48,955 bases of DNA from Sphingobium sp. (lineage in GTDB: Bacteria; Pseudomonadota; Alphaproteobacteria; Sphingomonadales; Sphingomonadaceae). The notes under the pieces were generated by a model. The model was not told the origin of the DNA. It did not search any database and saw only the letters and a program-made list of their open reading frames with translations. Every line of letters begins with the position of its first letter. Position 1 is the stretch's first letter. A program made the position numbers and the translations under genes. Positions 10,214 to 19,169 of this stretch are shown here, piece after piece. The stretch is taken from NCBI GenBank assembly GCA_023266635.1, contig JAHFPU010000001.1, positions 1 to 48,955 on the forward strand, given 5' to 3'.

Positions 10214-10561
10214 ATGGCCGACGAAACCAAGCCAGTCTATCTTCGCCTGCGCGAGGTGATTTCCGCATCGATCCTCGACGGCATGTTCCGCGATGGTGAC
10301 ATGCTGCCGTCCGTGCGCGCCTTCGCTGCACAGCAGGGCGCAAACCCCCTGACCGTGGCGAAAGCCTATCAGAGCTTTCAGGACGAGGGCCTTGTGACCG
10401 TGAAGCGCGGCGTCGGCATGTTCGTTGCCGATGGGGCGACACGCCGGTTGCGCGCCATCGAGAAAACCCATTTCCTGGAAAATGTCTGGCCCCCCGTCGC
10501 CGCGCAGATGCAGCGGGTGGGCGTCAGCCTCTCAGACCTGTCCGCTAAACAGGACGCCTGA
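10214..10561 (+). CDS. GntR-family transcriptional regulator, YtrA subfamily
   Basis: PVYLRL, LPSVR, ANPLTVAKAY and RGVGMFV winged HTH, with only a short C-terminal helix (115 aa). Confidence 0.92.
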   Translation: MADETKPVYLRLREVISASILDGMFRDGDMLPSVRAFAAQQGANPLTVAKAYQSFQDEGLVTVKRGVGMFVADGATRRLRAIEKTHFLENVWPPVAAQMQRVGVSLSDLSAKQDA

Positions 10562-10605
10562 GCGGAGGGCTCAAAGCCTATCCCAATACGATCAAGCACT
10601 CACGC

Positions 10606-10639
10606 CCGTTCGTTTCGAGCGTAGTCGAGAAACGAACGG
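10606..10639. repeat. Truncated REP-like hairpin (CCGTTCG...CGAACGG family)
   Basis: CCGTTCGTTTC-N12-GAAACGAACGG between convergent genes. It is related to the copies at 26717, 35569 and 40872. Confidence 0.7.
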
Positions 10640-10661
10640 AAGCTTGATTGAGTGGGACGCT

Positions 10662-11360
10662 TCAATAATCCTTCCCGCCGCACTGGATATTCCCCGTGCC
10701 GCCGCGGTTTACCTTGCAGGCCGCTTTTCCCAGGACCGTAACATCGCCCGATCCGCGCGCGACGACATCAGCGTCGGTCGTGGCCGTCACTATGACATTC
10801 CCGGGGCCATCGCCCAATATCTTGACCTGCTTGGCCTTCAGTCCCTCGGCCAGCAGCGCACCAGGCCCGGAGATGGTCGCGTTCAGCACGGCGGCGCTGC
10901 CGGCAGCGGTCATCTTTCCGCTGCCCATGATGGAGACGTCCAGTCGGTCCACGGCCATCGTTCCGACCGATACATTGCCGCTGCCCGATAGCTGAACGGT
11001 CGCATTCAGGCCTTTCATCCGGTCAACCGACAGCGATCCCCCGCCGGCCAGCATCACGCGCTGGAGTTGCTCTGTGGACAGGATGATGGTCGCCCGCGCA
11101 CCGGCAGGATCGTCCATCTGCGCGGGTTTCATCCGGACGGTCAGCGTGCTGCCCGACATGGACAGGTCGATGCGATCAAGCGCGCTGCGATCTCCCTCGC
11201 CACGCCCGGAAACGCCACCGCCGGTGGCGATTATGACCTTCACAGGCGCAAGGACGCGGATGCTGTCAAAACGGGAGACGCTGTAGCTCTGGGTCGCGGC
11301 CTGCGCGGGCGCGACCGTCAACCCCGCCAGCAGCAGAGCCGTCGCTCCTACCCCCTTCAA
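10662..11360 (-). CDS. DUF2807 / head GIN-domain beta-helix protein, exported
   Basis: Signal peptide (APAQA) and repeated S/GxGSG beta-helix units. The TTG at 11360 overlaps the upstream stop (TTGA). Confidence 0.85.
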   Translation of the reverse strand: MKGVGATALLLAGLTVAPAQAATQSYSVSRFDSIRVLAPVKVIIATGGGVSGRGEGDRSALDRIDLSMSGSTLTVRMKPAQMDDPAGARATIILSTEQLQRVMLAGGGSLSVDRMKGLNATVQLSGSGNVSVGTMAVDRLDVSIMGSGKMTAAGSAAVLNATISGPGALLAEGLKAKQVKILGDGPGNVIVTATTDADVVARGSGDVTVLGKAACKVNRGGTGNIQCGGKDY

Positions 11361-12082
11361 GCCGAACAGTGTGCGTCGCCCGAACCCATTGCCGAAACCT
11401 TGCACTGCGCCTTGCCTTTCACATCGACGTCGCCAGACCCCATGATGCTGATATCGACCGGCCCGTCAGACGCAAAGCCGACATTGCCGGAACCCAGCAC
11501 AGACACGGAAGCGCGACCCGCCTTCAATCCCTTGCCCTCGACGTCACCGGACCCGGTGGTCGATAGCTTTGCGCTGTCCGCCGTGCCAGCCAGGGCGACA
11601 TTGCCCGACCCAGTAACATCGGTAGTCAGCATAGCCACCTTAGCCGAGCCGATCTTTAGATTGCCTGAACCCGTCAGGGACAGGTCAAGGGCAGAGCCCT
11701 CGGCGCGGTCGACATCCACATCACCCGATCCGGTAAGCCCCACGCTGTCGATCGACGGCATCGACACGCGAATGGTGGCGCCCTCGTCCATCCCGCCGAA
11801 CATGTTCATCCAGCCTTCCTTTCGGCCGATCCGGAGTTCGCCGTTCACGACCTTGATCTCCAGCACCTTCATCGCCCGATCGCTGCCCTCCGCCTTCACG
11901 GCAAAATCCTTGCCCACGGTGATTAGGACGTTGTCCGGACCGGTCGACTGCACACTGTGGAAATCGCGCAGGCCCGCCGTGTTGACCGGAGCACCAGACT
12001 GGGTCGCGGCATCATGGCTTGAACAAGCCGTGGACAGGGCAAGCGCAGCGCCCGCCACGGAGACAAAAAGCGTTCTGGACAT
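11357..12082 (-). CDS. DUF2807 / head GIN-domain lipoprotein
   Basis: Lipobox STAC, seven xxGSG repeats and a strong RBS (AGGAGG). Confidence 0.9.
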   Translation of the reverse strand: MSRTLFVSVAGAALALSTACSSHDAATQSGAPVNTAGLRDFHSVQSTGPDNVLITVGKDFAVKAEGSDRAMKVLEIKVVNGELRIGRKEGWMNMFGGMDEGATIRVSMPSIDSVGLTGSGDVDVDRAEGSALDLSLTGSGNLKIGSAKVAMLTTDVTGSGNVALAGTADSAKLSTTGSGDVEGKGLKAGRASVSVLGSGNVGFASDGPVDISIMGSGDVDVKGKAQCKVSAMGSGDAHCSA

Positions 12083-12097
12083 CAGCTACTCCTCCTA

Positions 12098-12119
12098 CTG
12101 TATTGCCCACACAATACAG
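12098..12119. promoter_or_regulatory. Putative GntR/YtrA operator upstream of the GIN-domain operon
   Basis: Perfect palindrome CTGTATTG-N6-CAATACAG adjacent to the RBS. Confidence 0.65.
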
Positions 12120-12154
12120 AAGAGATGCATGATTTCCAAGCGAGAATCGGATAT

Positions 12155-12286
12155 TTAGGGCCGGGTCGTGTTTTCCACATTCCCCATCAAGGCATTTTCT
12201 CCGTCATTCGGCGCGCTCAAACGTGGCTCCTGACGGCATCCGGCCAAAGTAATCAGGGCTGCGAAAACGATAGCAAATCTGGCCAT
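12155..12286 (-). CDS. Small 43-aa lipoprotein (MARFAIVFAALITLAGCRQEP...)
   Basis: GGAG upstream of the ATG at 12286, and a canonical LAGC lipobox after a hydrophobic stretch. Confidence 0.6.
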   Translation of the reverse strand: MARFAIVFAALITLAGCRQEPRLSAPNDGENALMGNVENTTRP

Positions 12287-12451
12287 GCGCACTCCATCCA
12301 AATGATGCACTGCACATAAGAGCGAACGCCGGAGAAACGAACTGTCGAAAAATCCATTATGGGTGAATAGCGCGATCAAAAGCGACGTGTTGCATCTGCG
12401 ACACGATGAACATTGCTCCCCTCGCAGCACCAACACGCAGCAATAGCCAAC

Positions 12452-12476
12452 AAAAAAGGCGCCCGGAGGCGCCTTT
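12452..12476 (-). terminator. Rho-independent terminator of carD
   Basis: Minus strand AAAGGCGCC-TCCG-GGCGCCTTTTTT. Confidence 0.85.
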
Positions 12477-12497
12477 CCGTTTAATCTCTAACACGCT

Positions 12498-13028
12498 TTA
12501 TTCAGCGCGTTCCTTGTTATATTTCGGCGCAGCCTCGTTCAGGATGCGCAGGATCTTCTTGAGAGCGCCCGGCTCGTCCGTCTCTTCCATCGCCGCCAGT
12601 TCGCGAGCGAGGCGGCTGGAGGCCGCTTCGAAAATCTGACGCTCGGAATAGCTCTGCTCAGGCTGATCGTCAGCGCGGAACAGATCGCGCGTCACTTCGG
12701 CGATCGACACCAGGTCGCCCGAATTGATCTTCGCTTCATATTCCTGGGCCCGGCGCGACCACATGGTGCGCTTCACCTTGGGCTTACCCTTCAGGGTCTC
12801 AAGCGCTTCGCCCAGCGTCTTGTCGGAGGACAGCTTGCGCATGCCCACGCCTTCGGCTTTGTTGGTGGGGACACGGAGCGTCATGCGCTCTTTCTCGAAA
12901 CGGAGCACATACAGCTCCAATTCCATGCCCGCGATCTGCTCCTTCTGGAGTTCGATCACGCGGCCTACGCCGTGCTTGGGGTAAACGACATAGTCACCGA
13001 CGTCAAAGGACAGCGCCTTGGCAGCCAT
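12498..13028 (-). CDS. carD: CarD/CdnL RNA polymerase-binding transcription factor
   Basis: Motifs GDYVVYPKHGVG, MWSRRAQEY and QSYSERQ. Confidence 0.95.
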   Translation of the reverse strand: MAAKALSFDVGDYVVYPKHGVGRVIELQKEQIAGMELELYVLRFEKERMTLRVPTNKAEGVGMRKLSSDKTLGEALETLKGKPKVKRTMWSRRAQEYEAKINSGDLVSIAEVTRDLFRADDQPEQSYSERQIFEAASSRLARELAAMEETDEPGALKKILRILNEAAPKYNKERAE

Positions 13029-13265
13029 TTGGTACCTTTCCTTCAATCAACTGGGAGGCCAGCGTCGTCCGGGCGCATGTAAAGGGGGATACATGCAGGA
13101 TAGCCCGCAACGTCACCGTAGAATCATGGGACGAATTATCTCCACACGAACGCGACGGCGTTCGCTGCTGCAGCGCATGTAGCAGATTCGTAATAAAATT
13201 ACCAGCCCATGCGAAATGAGGCGGAATTAATCCGCCTTTCGCTTGGATGTGCGCCTTCTAAAGGC

Positions 13266-13604
13266 TCAGTCGCCCGAGCCCGGCTCAGCCGAGAAATACT
13301 TCTCGAACTTCTCCTCTTGGCCCTTATATTCATCAGCGTCGGCGGGCGCTTCGCCCTTGGTCGTGATGTTGGGCCATTCGGCGGAGAATTTGGTGTTGAG
13401 TTCCAACCACTTCTCCAACCCGTTCTCGGTGTCGGGGAGGATCGCCTCGGCGGGGCATTCGGGCTCGCACACGCCGCAATCGATGCACTCGTTGGGGTTG
13501 ATGACCAGCATGTTCTCGCCCTCGTAGAAACAATCTACGGGGCAAACCTCGACGCAATCCATATATTTGCAGCGGATGCAGGCGTCGGTGACGACATAAG
13601 TCAT
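13266..13604 (-). CDS. fdxA: Ferredoxin FdxA
   Basis: [26 protein letters not shown] and [12 protein letters not shown]. Confidence 0.96.
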   Translation of the reverse strand: MTYVVTDACIRCKYMDCVEVCPVDCFYEGENMLVINPNECIDCGVCEPECPAEAILPDTENGLEKWLELNTKFSAEWPNITTKGEAPADADEYKGQEEKFEKYFSAEPGSGD

Positions 13605-13687
13605 TGCATGGCACTCTTCGTTACGTTCGGGTCCTGCTATTCCCGGCCCGACCCCGCGTCAATAATATGCGCACAAATCATTTCTTT

Positions 13688-13981
13688 TCAGTCGCCGACC
13701 CGAATTTCCTCGTAACAGCTCTGCGCCTCGGGCGCCGGGCCGCGTCGCGCAGGCAACATGCTCACCCGAACGACCCGGGCGGAGGCGCCATGCGGCAAGG
13801 TGATCAGGTCGCCCGGCCGCACCGGCGCATGCGCCCGGTCGATTCTGCGCCCATTCAGGCGGATATGCCCCTCCTCCGCCAGCGCCTGCGCATAGGAGCG
13901 GCTGCGCGCTAACCGGGTGAACCACAGAAATTTGTCGATACGCAGGGTTCCGCCCTGCGGCGGCAGGCCGGATGGTTCCAT
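13688..13981 (-). CDS. S4-domain RNA-binding protein (Hsp15-like)
   Basis: Motifs RIDKFLWFTRL, GHIRLNG and RRGPAPEAQSCY. Start at ATG 13981. Confidence 0.9.
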   Translation of the reverse strand: MEPSGLPPQGGTLRIDKFLWFTRLARSRSYAQALAEEGHIRLNGRRIDRAHAPVRPGDLITLPHGASARVVRVSMLPARRGPAPEAQSCYEEIRVGD

Positions 13982-13991
13982 GCGCCCTGGC

Positions 13992-16661
13992 TTAGCCACC
14001 GCGTTCCAGAAGGGCGGCCAGCCCTGCAAACGCCTGATTGCCGCCACCAGCACCTGCACTACCGGCGTTACCGGCCGTAGGCGCAGGCTTCTGCCGCGCA
14101 TCATTGCGCCGGGGGCCGCTGTTCTTCTGCCTCGGCCCGGCATTTTTGGCTGTGTCCTGCGGGCGCGCCTTGCGTCGGCCCCGGAACGCCCAGTTCGGGC
14201 CGGCGGGCGCTACAGTCTCCCCCTCCGTCACGCTCTCACCCTCGGGCTGAGCGGGCGGAGCGACGGGACGGAATCCCGCGTCGCGCATCAAGTGGAGGAA
14301 AGCCGGCTCGACGACACCCAGCGACACGACCTGCGGGTCCGCTGCGGTGAACGGCGCATTTTTGGCGATCGCCTCATGCGCCGCGCGCGCGATGCGCTCG
14401 GCGATGTCGATGCGCAGCTGCAGGGGTCCGAACGTGCGGAAACCGGCTATCCGCGCGCCCATTTCGGCGCTGCGATCGCCCGCCGGCAGGATCACCGCGC
14501 CAGCCGGCGGCAGCGGCAACATCGGCTTGCCCTTGCGCGCGCTCAGCAGCGCCATGCGCCACAGGGCCGCGCCGGGCTTGAGCAGTCCATGATGAAACAG
14601 ATCGAGCACGCCGATCGTGATGCCGGCGCGGCGCAATATCGACCGCTGGTCCTTGTCCAGATGGCCGAGCGCGGCGTCGAGATCCTCGCGCGGCGCGATC
14701 CCACCAGCGTCGCCAAGCTGCGCAAACATCGCCCGGACCACGGCGGGCACTTCCGGATCGGTTGCGCTTTCCGCCATCTTCACAAGCGGCAGTAGATGAC
14801 GTTCCTTCTGCGCGGTCATCCACAGGCCAAGCCGCTCGGACACACGCTTCTGTAGGTCCGGTCCCAAGTCCATGATCGCCCGGTCGAGCTTCACCGCCGG
14901 CGCAGTCAGCGATGGCCCAGCGGCCAACGTCGCCACGGCATGTCCGTCCCACAGGATCGCGGGCATTTCGCCCGGCCTTACTTCCAGCGCAAAGGCCGAA
15001 TCGGCCGCCGCCAGCAATTCCTCCGCCTTCATCCCCAAAATCCTTCCGAGCCGCCTCTCCGCAGCCGCCAACAGCTTCCTGCGATCTTCGCCGCGTGCAT
15101 CGGGATCAACCGAGAAACGGAATCCGTCAAGCCGTCCAATGATTTCACCGTCGATACCGACTTCGCCATCCGCGCTGATATCGACAGGCAGATCGCCGGC
15201 TTTCCTGCCGATATCGCGCAGCAGGACGGAGGTGCGGCGATCCACAAAACGTTGCGCCAGTGCGGCATGCAGGCCGTCGGACAGCTTCTCCTCCAGCACC
15301 CGCGTCCGCTCCGCCATCTCGGCGGGATTCTCCAGCCAGTCGGGCCGGTGCGCGACATAAGACCATGTGCGGACCGCCGCGATCCGCGCCGACAGCGTGT
15401 CGATATCGCCCTGTATCGTGTCGAGCCGCGCCAGATGCTGCGCGAACCAGTCGCGGGGGATGAAGCCGTTCCCTTCCGACAGGAAGCGCCAGATGCGCGA
15501 CACCATGCGGGCGTGATGATCGGGACCCAGCTTCTGGAAATCGGGCAGGCCGCAGGCAGCCCATAGCCGCGTCACCTGCCTGCGTCCCCGCGCCCGTTCC
15601 ATGACGAGCGGGTCCTCGGCCATGCGCTTGAGCACAGCCAGATCGACCGCCTCGGGCGCGGCGCGCAATTCCGGGCGATCAGGCCTCTGCTCCAGATCGG
15701 CAATCAGCATTGCCACGCTGTCACAACGCGGCGCGCCGTCGCGCCAGTAGAGCGCGTCAAGGCGCGGAAAGCGATGCTCCTCGATCGCCTCAATCTCAGC
15801 GGGCGTGAAGGATGCACCGCCCTCCTCGCCGCCCAGGCTGCCGAAGGTGCCGTCTTTGTGATGCCGCCCCGCACGCCCGGCGATCTGCGCCATTTCCGAT
15901 ACCGTCAGCCTACGGATGCGATGCCCGTCAAATTTGCGGAGCGATGCGAAGGCGACATGCGCGACATCCAGATTGAGGCCCATGCCGATCGCGTCGGTCG
16001 CGACGAGATAATCGACCTCGCCCTCCATGAACATCTTGACCTGCGCATTGCGTGTGCGCGGCGACAGCGCGCCCATCACCACCGCAGCGCCGCCGCGGAA
16101 CCGGCGCAGCATTTCGGCGACGGCATAGACCTCCTCCACTGAGAAGGCGACGATGGCGGAGCGCTTGGGCAAGCGGGAAAGCTTCTTCGCGCCCGCATAG
16201 GACAATGTGGAAAAACGCGGACGGCCGATAATCTCGACATCCTTGACCAGCGCCCGCACGAGCGGCGCGACGCTGGCCGAGCCGAGGATCATCGTCTCCT
16301 CCCGCCCTCGCGCGTGCAGCAGCCGATCGGTGAACACATGCCCGCGCTCCGGGTCCGCGCCAAGCTGCGCCTCATCGAGCGCAACAAAGGCATAATCCCC
16401 ATCGACGGGCATACTTTCGGCGGTGCACAGGAAATAGCGCGCCTGGGGCGGGCAGATCTTTTCCTCGCCAGTGATCAGCGCAACACTGTCCCTGCCCTTG
16501 ATCGCAACGACCCGCTCATAAACCTCGCGCGCCAGCAGGCGGAGGGGGAATCCCATCATGCCGCTGGAGTGCGCGCAGAGCCTTTCGACCGCCAGATAGG
16601 TCTTGCCGGTATTGGTCGGGCCAAGCACAGCGGTGATGGCGGAACGGGCGAAGCTGGCCAT
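13992..16661 (-). CDS. SUV3/MgpS-like superfamily II helicase
   Basis: Motifs GPTNTGKT, DEAQ, ATDAIGMGLN and QIAGRAGR. Start at ATG 16661. Confidence 0.93.
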   Translation of the reverse strand: MASFARSAITAVLGPTNTGKTYLAVERLCAHSSGMMGFPLRLLAREVYERVVAIKGRDSVALITGEEKICPPQARYFLCTAESMPVDGDYAFVALDEAQLGADPERGHVFTDRLLHARGREETMILGSASVAPLVRALVKDVEIIGRPRFSTLSYAGAKKLSRLPKRSAIVAFSVEEVYAVAEMLRRFRGGAAVVMGALSPRTRNAQVKMFMEGEVDYLVATDAIGMGLNLDVAHVAFASLRKFDGHRIRRLTVSEMAQIAGRAGRHHKDGTFGSLGGEEGGASFTPAEIEAIEEHRFPRLDALYWRDGAPRCDSVAMLIADLEQRPDRPELRAAPEAVDLAVLKRMAEDPLVMERARGRRQVTRLWAACGLPDFQKLGPDHHARMVSRIWRFLSEGNGFIPRDWFAQHLARLDTIQGDIDTLSARIAAVRTWSYVAHRPDWLENPAEMAERTRVLEEKLSDGLHAALAQRFVDRRTSVLLRDIGRKAGDLPVDISADGEVGIDGEIIGRLDGFRFSVDPDARGEDRRKLLAAAERRLGRILGMKAEELLAAADSAFALEVRPGEMPAILWDGHAVATLAAGPSLTAPAVKLDRAIMDLGPDLQKRVSERLGLWMTAQKERHLLPLVKMAESATDPEVPAVVRAMFAQLGDAGGIAPREDLDAALGHLDKDQRSILRRAGITIGVLDLFHHGLLKPGAALWRMALLSARKGKPMLPLPPAGAVILPAGDRSAEMGARIAGFRTFGPLQLRIDIAERIARAAHEAIAKNAPFTAADPQVVSLGVVEPAFLHLMRDAGFRPVAPPAQPEGESVTEGETVAPAGPNWAFRGRRKARPQDTAKNAGPRQKNSGPRRNDARQKPAPTAGNAGSAGAGGGNQAFAGLAALLERGG

Positions 16662-16783
16662 GACCTTTCCTATGTCGGGGAAGCAAGAACGCAGCGCAAG
16701 GGAAAGGAAGGTTCCGCGACAAATAAGCGCGCGATCCCCCGCCACGCACGGTTCACCGCAGGGTTCGCCGCAGAATCCGTGTG

Positions 16784-16799
16784 TTAAGTTGACTTTAAC
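16784..16799 (+). promoter_or_regulatory. CtrA binding site
   Basis: Exact TTAA-N7-TTAAC (TTAAGTTGACTTTAAC) between the divergent helicase and M23 genes. Confidence 0.75.
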
Positions 16800-16878
16800 C
16801 CTATCCCTTCACAACACGCCAAGCGGAGAACGCGACGGGGGTCGTGGCCGCAAGGAAATATCCGGGGGATTGCCGGTC

Positions 16879-18414
16879 TTGTTTCAGAAAAGCGATTTCG
16901 GGTCCGGTCAGGGCGGCGCAGCCGCATCCCTGTGGATGGCCGACGCAGTTCCGGCTCCGTTCGTGGACCGCCGCGACTGGCGCACGAAGGTGCGCGACTG
17001 GGCGGAAGACATCAATCTCGTTCCCGATCTCGGCCAGAATATCGGCTCGCTCGAATGGTTTCGCGGCCTTGCCACCTGCACGGCGCTATGCGCCTGCGCG
17101 CTGGCGCTTTCACCCGGGTTTCAGCCCATCCCCGCTGCGCCTGAGCCTCTGTTGGGCCAGAAGCAATATCAGGAGATGCGCAGCCAGATGACGACGCCGC
17201 TGGCGCTTGGCGCAGACAGCGGCCGGCACATGGCGGCGACCGATGCAGTTTCTTCCCTCACCGAAACCCCCGAACGTCCTCAGATTGAACTGAGCGCAGC
17301 GATCGGCGACGGCGACAGCTTCGGCCGCGCCCTCTCCCGCGCCGGCGTCAGCAGTTCCGACGCGTCGCAGGTCATGGACATCATTGGCGGCGACGTGAAG
17401 CCGGGCATGCTGAAGGCCGGCACCCGTCTCGACATCGTGCTTGGCCGCCGCCCGACCCGCAATGTCCCGCGTCCGCTCGACCATCTCGCGTTCCGCGCCC
17501 GCCTAGACCTGGCGGTGGAACTGACCCGCGTGAACAATGTGCTTCAGGTGAAGCGCATCCCGATCAGGGTCGATGCGACCCCCCTGCGCATCCAGGGCAT
17601 TGTCGGCGATAGTCTCTATCGCTCCGCCCGCGCGGCCGGTGCGCCGCCCAAGTCGATCCAATCCTTCCTTCGCGTAATCGCCCAGCAAATCCCCATCGAG
17701 GATATCCGCTCGGGCGACCGGTACGACATCATTCTCGATTATCGCCGCGCCGAAACCGGCGATGTCGAGGTCGGTGACCTGCTTTATGCCGGCCTTGGCC
17801 GCACGCGCGGCAAGTCGCTCGACATGCTCAAATGGACCAATGGCGACCGCAGCGAATGGTTCGAGGCCTCCGGCGTCGGCGAACGGCGCGGCGTGCTGAC
17901 CATGCCGGTCGCGGGCCATGTGTCCTCCGGTTATGGCATGCGCCAGCACCCGATCCTGGGTTACACCCGCATGCATGCGGGCATCGATTTCGCCGCGCCC
18001 TATGGATCGCCCATCTATGCGGCGACCGACGGCATCGTCGAATTTGCCGGGCGGCATGGCGGTCACGGCAATTATGTGAAGCTCCGCCATGGCGGCGGCA
18101 TCGCCACCGGCTACGCGCATATGAGCCGCATCGCCGCCAGCATCGGGCAGCGCGTCCGCCGTGGACAGGTGATCGGCTATGTCGGCTCCACCGGCCTGTC
18201 GACCGGCCCGCATCTGCACTACGAACTGTATCGCAACGGGGTGAACATCAATCCCAACTCGGTGAAGTTCACGACCGTCGCCCAGCTGACCGGCCAGAAC
18301 CTTTCCAACTTCAAGGCGCGCCTCGCCCAGCTGAAGTCGCTGCGCGTCGGGCTACACACGAGCGAACCGGCCAAGATGGCGCAGGCGAGTGTGGTAATCA
18401 CCAAGGGGAAATAA
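16879..18414 (+). CDS. M23 (LytM) family metallopeptidase, membrane-anchored
   Basis: HAGID, YAH and STGPHLHYE zinc motifs plus an N-terminal hydrophobic segment. The TTG start at 16879 is approximate. Confidence 0.92.
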   Translation: MFQKSDFGSGQGGAAASLWMADAVPAPFVDRRDWRTKVRDWAEDINLVPDLGQNIGSLEWFRGLATCTALCACALALSPGFQPIPAAPEPLLGQKQYQEMRSQMTTPLALGADSGRHMAATDAVSSLTETPERPQIELSAAIGDGDSFGRALSRAGVSSSDASQVMDIIGGDVKPGMLKAGTRLDIVLGRRPTRNVPRPLDHLAFRARLDLAVELTRVNNVLQVKRIPIRVDATPLRIQGIVGDSLYRSARAAGAPPKSIQSFLRVIAQQIPIEDIRSGDRYDIILDYRRAETGDVEVGDLLYAGLGRTRGKSLDMLKWTNGDRSEWFEASGVGERRGVLTMPVAGHVSSGYGMRQHPILGYTRMHAGIDFAAPYGSPIYAATDGIVEFAGRHGGHGNYVKLRHGGGIATGYAHMSRIAASIGQRVRRGQVIGYVGSTGLSTGPHLHYELYRNGVNINPNSVKFTTVAQLTGQNLSNFKARLAQLKSLRVGLHTSEPAKMAQASVVITKGK

Positions 18415-18415
18415 T

Positions 18416-18829
18416 TTACTGAGGCGATTCCACCAGCCAATCTTCGCAGCGTAATCCGGCCACGCGCCGAAACTCTCCCAGATTGCCTGTTACCACGATC
18501 ATTCCCCTGCTCCGCGCATGACCAGCAATCAGTAAGTCATAGCCGCCGATCATTTTGCCCTCCCTCTCCAGCATCGCGCGGATATCCGCCGCATGCCCCG
18601 CAGCATCAGCATCAAAGGGCAAAACTTCCAGCCGGGATGAAAAACGCTCGACCTCTCGGCGGTTATGCTCAGGGCGTGATGATTTGGCCGCGCCGTGCAG
18701 CAGTTCTGTCAAAATAATCGTGGAGATGGCGAGCCCATCGGCCTCTGTATTGAAGCGTTCGCGCAGGCCAGGCGGTCTATCGCGTAGTACCCGGATACAT
18801 AAATTGGTATCCAGCATGTAGCGCAGCAT
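18416..18829 (-). CDS. vapC: VapC PIN-domain toxin
   Basis: Motifs YMLDTN, TELLHGA, YDLLIAGHA, VTGN..EF and EDW. Confidence 0.94.
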   Translation of the reverse strand: MLRYMLDTNLCIRVLRDRPPGLRERFNTEADGLAISTIILTELLHGAAKSSRPEHNRREVERFSSRLEVLPFDADAAGHAADIRAMLEREGKMIGGYDLLIAGHARSRGMIVVTGNLGEFRRVAGLRCEDWLVESPQ

Positions 18830-19050
18830 CAAAATGCCTCACGTTGCTGAGTTGCCAGCTGATCCCTTTCACCCAGATCAATCCCTGGCGCGTCGAAAAA
18901 ATCGTCCCAGATGGCATCGGAAGGCACGATCACGCGGCGCTTGCCCTCACGCAATATGGTGACGTCTCGAACGCCGGCAGGAAAAGCAACGCTCTTGGGC
19001 AAACGAACGGCTTGCGATCGGTTTGACTGAAAAACATTGGTCCGGGCCAT
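18829..19050 (-). CDS. vapB: VapB antitoxin (AbrB-type)
   Basis: VFQSNRSQAVRLPK and WDDFFD. TGATG coupling to vapC. Confidence 0.93.
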   Translation of the reverse strand: MARTNVFQSNRSQAVRLPKSVAFPAGVRDVTILREGKRRVIVPSDAIWDDFFDAPGIDLGERDQLATQQREAF

Positions 19051-19065
19051 ACCCATACTCCTTTT

Positions 19066-19113
19066 CCATATCCCAAAGGTATATCCCAATTTGGATATGT
19101 CAATGGGATATAC
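19066..19113 (-). promoter_or_regulatory. vapBC promoter/operator
   Basis: Perfect 10-bp inverted arms GTATATCCCA (19079-19088) and TGGGATATAC (19104-19113) flank a minus-strand TTGACA. There is an extra ATATCCCA half-site at 19068. Confidence 0.75.
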
Positions 19114-19169
19114 TCGCCGTTATGCTCTACGCCTTGATCCCGGTTCCTCCCTTGCCTAAACCCCCGCGC

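Noticed and set aside
10662-12082. Periodic sequence in the GIN genes as a DNA repeat array
   Set aside because: It is explained by protein-level GSG beta-helix repeats.
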